From the NCBI GenBank assembly GCA_004022145.1, contig RCNU01000006.1: a stretch of 64,000 nt of DNA; one strand, written 5' to 3'. The notes below the pieces were generated by a model. That model did no database searches. It was not told where the DNA came from and worked only from the letters and a program-made list of their open reading frames with translations. The translations under genes and the position numbers were made by a program. This document shows, in pieces, positions 59,260-64,000 of this stretch; within the stretch, counting starts at the first letter, position 1; each line of letters starts with the position of its first letter. This stretch comes from Paecilomyces variotii. Its lineage: Eukaryota.

Positions 59260-60273
59260 TTAAAAATTTGCAGCATCAAGGCGTCTCAGAAGACCAACAA
59301 GAAGTCTCGAGATCTCCCTTCGCTCCTCGGGGTTCCGTAGATCATAAGCCACAGAGTGAAGAATTGTAAGCTCTCCAGTAAGTGGACTACCGCGACTGAG
59401 GTCCTGGATGTATGTTTGAGGTATTGGGGCAGAGCTAAGCTGAATTTTAGTTCCATCGACCCGGAGTGCGAATGGCTGGTAGGTTTTAAGTGTTGGATTC
59501 TGTTGGAACATTAATACAGCCTGTATGAGGATTTGCGGGATTTCGTGACAGATGGTATCTTTATTTTTCTGAGGGCACATCGCCTGTGACTCAACCTCAG
59601 TAAGTAATCTTGGAAGTGGTTAATAGTTAGAACCAACCGAAAACGTGGCAAGTGGAAGCGTTATTTTGTTTCTGAGGTCAGAGCACCTGCTGAGAACCCC
59701 TGCAGGCTTCAAAGTACCCTTAACACCGCAGGAATGGATGTGAAAACTGATCTTCGAGTCTCGAAGCAAAACACTAGGTTGACAGCAATGAGCATTTATC
59801 AATATAACTACACCGTGTAGAGAGGATTCACACTCACAACCCTGTGTTTAAGTGGACCTGCGCAAGAAGAACATTGATGAGATATCCCATTGTATATTTC
59901 GACATTCGAAAATATTGGCTGTCAGGTTGGTCTCCTTCTGCTTCTTCTTCCAGTCGCATCATCGGTCTGAGCATGTCAAAGACACTCCAGAAGTGACTCT
60001 CTCTGCAATTAAATAAGATCGTGCCGTCAAGAAAATCCTCTCTTGTTGGTTTGGCAAAATCCGCAGCGATAGCTTCAAATTCTAGATTAACGTTAGATAG
60101 ACCAGAATTGGAAAGGCGAGGGGGTGTTTGCCTTGATCGCCATCTTGCGGCAGATATGTGGAGCCAACTAATCTCTCAGAAGAGACTTGATCCTCCTTGA
60201 CTCGTAGGAGATCTCGATGGAGGGCGGCCCACTTGTGTGGTTTCGCAAAAAGTGTCCCAAGATAAGATGACAT
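59260..60273 (-). CDS. Fungal-specific hypothetical protein, ~281 aa
   Basis: Exons 60132-60273, 59838-60081, 59638-59773 and 59260-59583 give an intact frame if intron 1 uses a GC donor. KPHKWAALHRDLLRV...HEIPQILIQAV...LRVDGT...SVAYDLRNPEERREI. Confidence 0.7.
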
Positions 60274-60682
60274 TTTAGACAACAGATAGGTATGAAGTGG
60301 GTGTATTACAAGGCAGATGGTTTGAATTTCCAAGACTTCTGTCTAGGATAGTAACTGTATGGTTAGGTAACCATACAACATGTGTTAGTCACGTGCCTAA
60401 CCGCCCTACTTCTCCCTAGTTAGTCCAAATGTGGTAAGTACATACCTTAGGTACCCCGGGCCTAAGGTGGTACCTACCTACCTAGGTAGGTACTTAACGG
60501 CTTCGGCGATCTCTGACGTCACGTTATCGAACCGGTTCCTGTCAATGTCGCTGTAAATATTGAATAATAGATAAATTAGCCAACTCAGGGGTAGCAGGCT
60601 GGACTAGACATGTTACTCACTACTCTTCTCTCATGCCCGGAGTATCACACTCGAGCATCGTGTCCGTTCTTCAGCTCCAGCC

Positions 60683-61837
60683 ATGGGTAACAAACGATAT
60701 AACTCCATCAGCCGCTCCATACAACTTGCACTCTATCGCGACCCAAATGAATCCAAAAAGACCATTTTGTCATATGTCCTGGCCTTCTTCACTATTTTCC
60801 GGATAAGGTTGGTCCGCTTCGGATATGAATTATTCAGACGGCTGCGCGATGAAACCTGGGAGATCGACGAGGAAGAGTACAGATGCTCCTTTCTACACAA
60901 GAAAGGTTCGAAAAGTCTTGAACCGATGGGTGATTTAGGATATTCGGGTTCTGTAAGCTATGCCGTTTCATTTAGTCACAATAAAGGTCGCACAGTAGTA
61001 CCCTTTCTTTTATTTAACTGAACAAAGTTCACTTACCATCGAAAACTATACAAGACATTCTTCTGCACATCCAACTTTAAATTCCTCATCAAGAGTCTAC
61101 CTCGACATTTCGAACACTCTTTCTTCCGCAATGACCTCTTCCTCCCTTACTGCGAGTACATGAGTTCTCATCCTGACTCGCTCCTCGTCCGAATCACCGA
61201 CTTCCTCATATCACCATATCCGACTCTAGGCGCTCTCCTTGGCATCTCTCCATCGTACCACGTTATAATGGAGAATGTGCTCTACGGGAGAAACGAGGAC
61301 TCTGCCAAAGACAAATGGGAGACGTATGACTTGAAACCGACGGATTATTTCTATCCGGAACGCGATCTATTCCCGCAACTCACGAGTGAGGAGACTATGA
61401 GCAAGTTGGTGCATACTTTTGAAGACAAGATTCGAATCACGGGAGCGCAGTATGAAGATTTGAAGAACACAGTGGATCAGGATACGCGTTTCTTACAGTC
61501 GGCCAATGTGGTTGATTATTCGCTCTTTCTGGTGCGGTTTCCCGCGTCGTCGGAACCTCCTGTCGTGGGGAGAAGGTCACAATGGCGCGTAGGCGTACCT
61601 TCTGCTGACGGCAAGTGGAAATATCGCGCTGTATTGCTTGATTTCTTCTGGGCGAAGCATAAGTTGCACGCGCAAGCGATGACGGGTGTCGTGCAGACGT
61701 TCAATGTGGTGGGCAGGAAGGGGCCCATGACTATCACAACGACGGCGGAGGAATATCAACAGAAGTTTATGGCTATGGTGGATGGACTGGTGCAACTTCA
61801 GGGCGAGGCCCAACCTTCATCTTCAACGATGGTCTGA
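60683..61837 (+). CDS. Phosphatidylinositol-phosphate kinase (PIP5K)-like protein, ~350 aa
   Basis: Exons 60683-60952 and 61055-61837. GDLGYSGS|TFFCTSNFKFLIKS, SLLVRITD, VIMENVL, YDLKP, NVVDYSLFL, LLDFFW. Confidence 0.88.
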
Positions 61838-62254
61838 GTTTCAATTGCAGGCCTCCATTTGCGAACGCGACAGATACCCACCTGCAGTTTTAGATACTAC
61901 AGTTAGTTTCAATGATGACAATCGTGATTCTTCTGCGAATAATCCTTGTACTAACATATATTTCCTATACATAATGTACTCGAGATAATCCAGCCCACGT
62001 GCACTGTACGCCAGGCACAATTTAGGTCAAAATACACTCTAGAACACCGTTGTGTGAACCTGTTGTGTCCCAAACATTAACATCATGAATGTCTAGGTGT
62101 TAATCTAACACTTTTCCCCGTCCCCCCAACCTCTTCCCGCTTCGTAAAACAGGTATGTCTATGGCATGGTAGGAACGTCCCGTCTAACATCTCGTGCTTT
62201 AAGCAGATACATAATACCACCGCAAATATATCTCGCGAACGCTGTACGTCCCGT

Positions 62255-63424
62255 TTAGAAGCAGAAGACCTGGTCCTCGAGCTTGCTGACGGGGCGAGCC
62301 TTGGTGTAGCCGAGGGACTCGGTTGCCTTCTTCATAGCACTGACCATGGGAGGAGGACCGCAGAGAAGGATCTTGATGTCACTAGCCGGGGCGGGGAGAC
62401 GCTCCTGTGAAGAAAATTAGTATCAATACGGATGTACAATGACCACGAGAAAACGAACCTTGATCATATCCGCAGTAACGAAACCAACACCACCGTTCCA
62501 GCCCTCGGGCGGGTTGTTCAGCACGTAGTACACACGGAAGCCGTCGTCCTCCTGTGCCAGAGCGTCCAGTTCGTCCTTGAGCAAGATATCCTCCGGGTTG
62601 ACGTTGGCAAAGATCAGGTCAACCTGGGTGGTGTCGTTGCCTCCGTTGCGGGGTCTGTTACGGATGATGGCCTTGATGACCTGGAGCATGGGGGTGATAC
62701 CGGTACCACCAGCGATCATACCAATGTGTCTGCACATGTTGGGGGTGTAGACCATGGCTCCCTTGGGTCCGCGCACCTTCATCTTATCTCCGATCTTCAT
62801 GTTGGCCAGGTACCTGGAGATATTGCCCTGGGGGTATTCCTTGACCAGCAGATCGAAGTAACCGGCCTCATTGTCAGAGGAGATAGGGGTGTACGAGCGC
62901 ACAACCTCCTTGGGGTTTCCGGCGATCGTAGCAGCGAGAGAGATGTGCTGGCCGATGGGCAGTCCCAGGATGTCCGTGGGACGCGGAAGGGCGAAGCGGT
63001 AGATAGCGACATTGTGCGAGACGAGGGTCTTCTCCTTGAGCGGGAACTCCTGGAACTCATTGGGGGTGAGCACCTTGCGCGGGCCTAGATCATTCAGAGG
63101 TCGATGTTAGCTTTGCGGGCTGCCGAGAGATAATGCGACAGCGCAGTGCAGAGCAGGCATTGGGGGTTGAGAAAGCACATACGGTTGCTAACCACCTTCC
63201 AGGCAGACAGAGCAGCTGCCAGCGCAACGGCAAAAGGGACCCATTCCTTCTTCACGATCGTGGTGCCCACGACAAGAAGCACGGAGGGGATGATGACCCC
63301 GGTGATATTCTCGGTGGAGAAGAGTCCGCTAGATTCGATGAAGCAACTGTGTCAGCATCGCAAAGTTGAGAATAGCGTACACAGCGTAGTAAACCATCAC
63401 TGGCAGAAGGAGAACATACCTCAT
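62255..63424 (-). CDS. CBR1: NADH-cytochrome b5 reductase 1
   Basis: Exons 63420-63424 (ATGAG), 63183-63328, 62459-63084 and 62255-62404. N-terminal TM anchor, [43 protein letters not shown]-terminal DQVFCF. Confidence 0.95.
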
Positions 63425-63794
63425 CTTGACTGACTACCTGCGAGGCAAGCAACGATGCTGGGAGGGCACAAGGGCAGGTCGTGTGCTTTCGGGGGTTGAG
63501 GAGAAGCTCTCGCTTTTTAAAGTCGCTCCGTTCTGTCACGGCGCTGACGGGCGGCGAGCGGGAAGCGAGTACCCTTACTGGTAAAGTTACGCGATCGTGA
63601 CCGTAAGTTACGGCTCCCCGCGAAATGACTGAATGGAAGGAAGTAATAATAATTAACCGCTGTTCGTGATTCACTATTTGCAACTGCTGTCCTTTGTCTA
63701 CTCAGATTGATCTTCCATTCAAATTCTATAGACCTTCTCCTGGCTGGTGTATTTTAGTTTATACATATCCCAAGACGATCCACCGCAGAACAAA

Positions 63795-63918
63795 ATGGGG
63801 ACAATTTCCCCCAACAGCCCGGCGCCCTTCAACCTCACCGCGGTTGACCGCCAGATACTCTCCATGACCGACGAGGAATTCGTCCCTCACAACTGGGAGA
63901 ATCTGAAGGAACTGATCG
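63795..63918 (+). CDS. First exon of a probable DUF3605 (GlcNAc-induced protein Gig1-like) gene, running off the window
   Basis: MGTISPNSPAPFNLTAVDRQILSMTDEEFVPHNWENLKELI followed by donor GTATGT at 63919. Confidence 0.65.
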
Positions 63919-64000
63919 GTATGTAGACACATAAGTTCCATTACATATTTAGAGCCATATGTCTACCCCCCAAAAAATCCATACTGCGAATTTGGAAAGA

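Noticed and set aside
62432..63088. 218-aa plus-strand ORF
   Set aside because: Antisense shadow of CBR1.
1..64000. Transposase, reverse transcriptase, Starship captain recombinase, rRNA or CRISPR array
   Set aside because: No such motifs, terminal repeats or repeat-spacer arrays were seen, and no boundary repeats were found around the accessory islands.

Overview
Intron-rich fungal genomic DNA, most likely a Eurotiomycete mould (Aspergillus/Penicillium/Paecilomyces-like), judged from the proteins and the short GT-AG introns with CTAAC/CTGAC branch points. About 25 protein-coding loci and 2 tRNA genes could be reconstructed by hand splicing. Conserved housekeeping genes: annexin, EBP-family protein, MRPL31, tafazzin, DBP9, arginyl-tRNA synthetase, CBR1. 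These alternate with apparently accessory islands. (i) 11.4-20.7 kb: a head-to-head pair of a PD-(D/E)XK restriction-endonuclease-fold gene and a small atypical protein-kinase-like gene, followed by a Fig1/SUR7-like membrane protein and a CCCH zinc-finger protein. (ii) 47.8-54.9 kb: an FAD monooxygenase and an A-T-R NRPS-like reductase flanking a kinase-like (DUF3669-type) gene interrupted by a single in-frame TGA. (iii) 58.4-60.3 kb: two divergent tandem paralogs sharing an intron position, one of them truncated. The best candidate for an undescribed system is the divergent nuclease/kinase pair. It places on two genes the domain types that are fused in Spok meiotic drivers and Crinkler-type effectors, so a toxin-antidote role is a hypothesis only. 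Two dissimilar convergent tRNA-Gly(TCC) genes, two GC-AG introns and a roughly 9 kb gene-poor region were also seen. No database searches were run; family names come from motif recognition.
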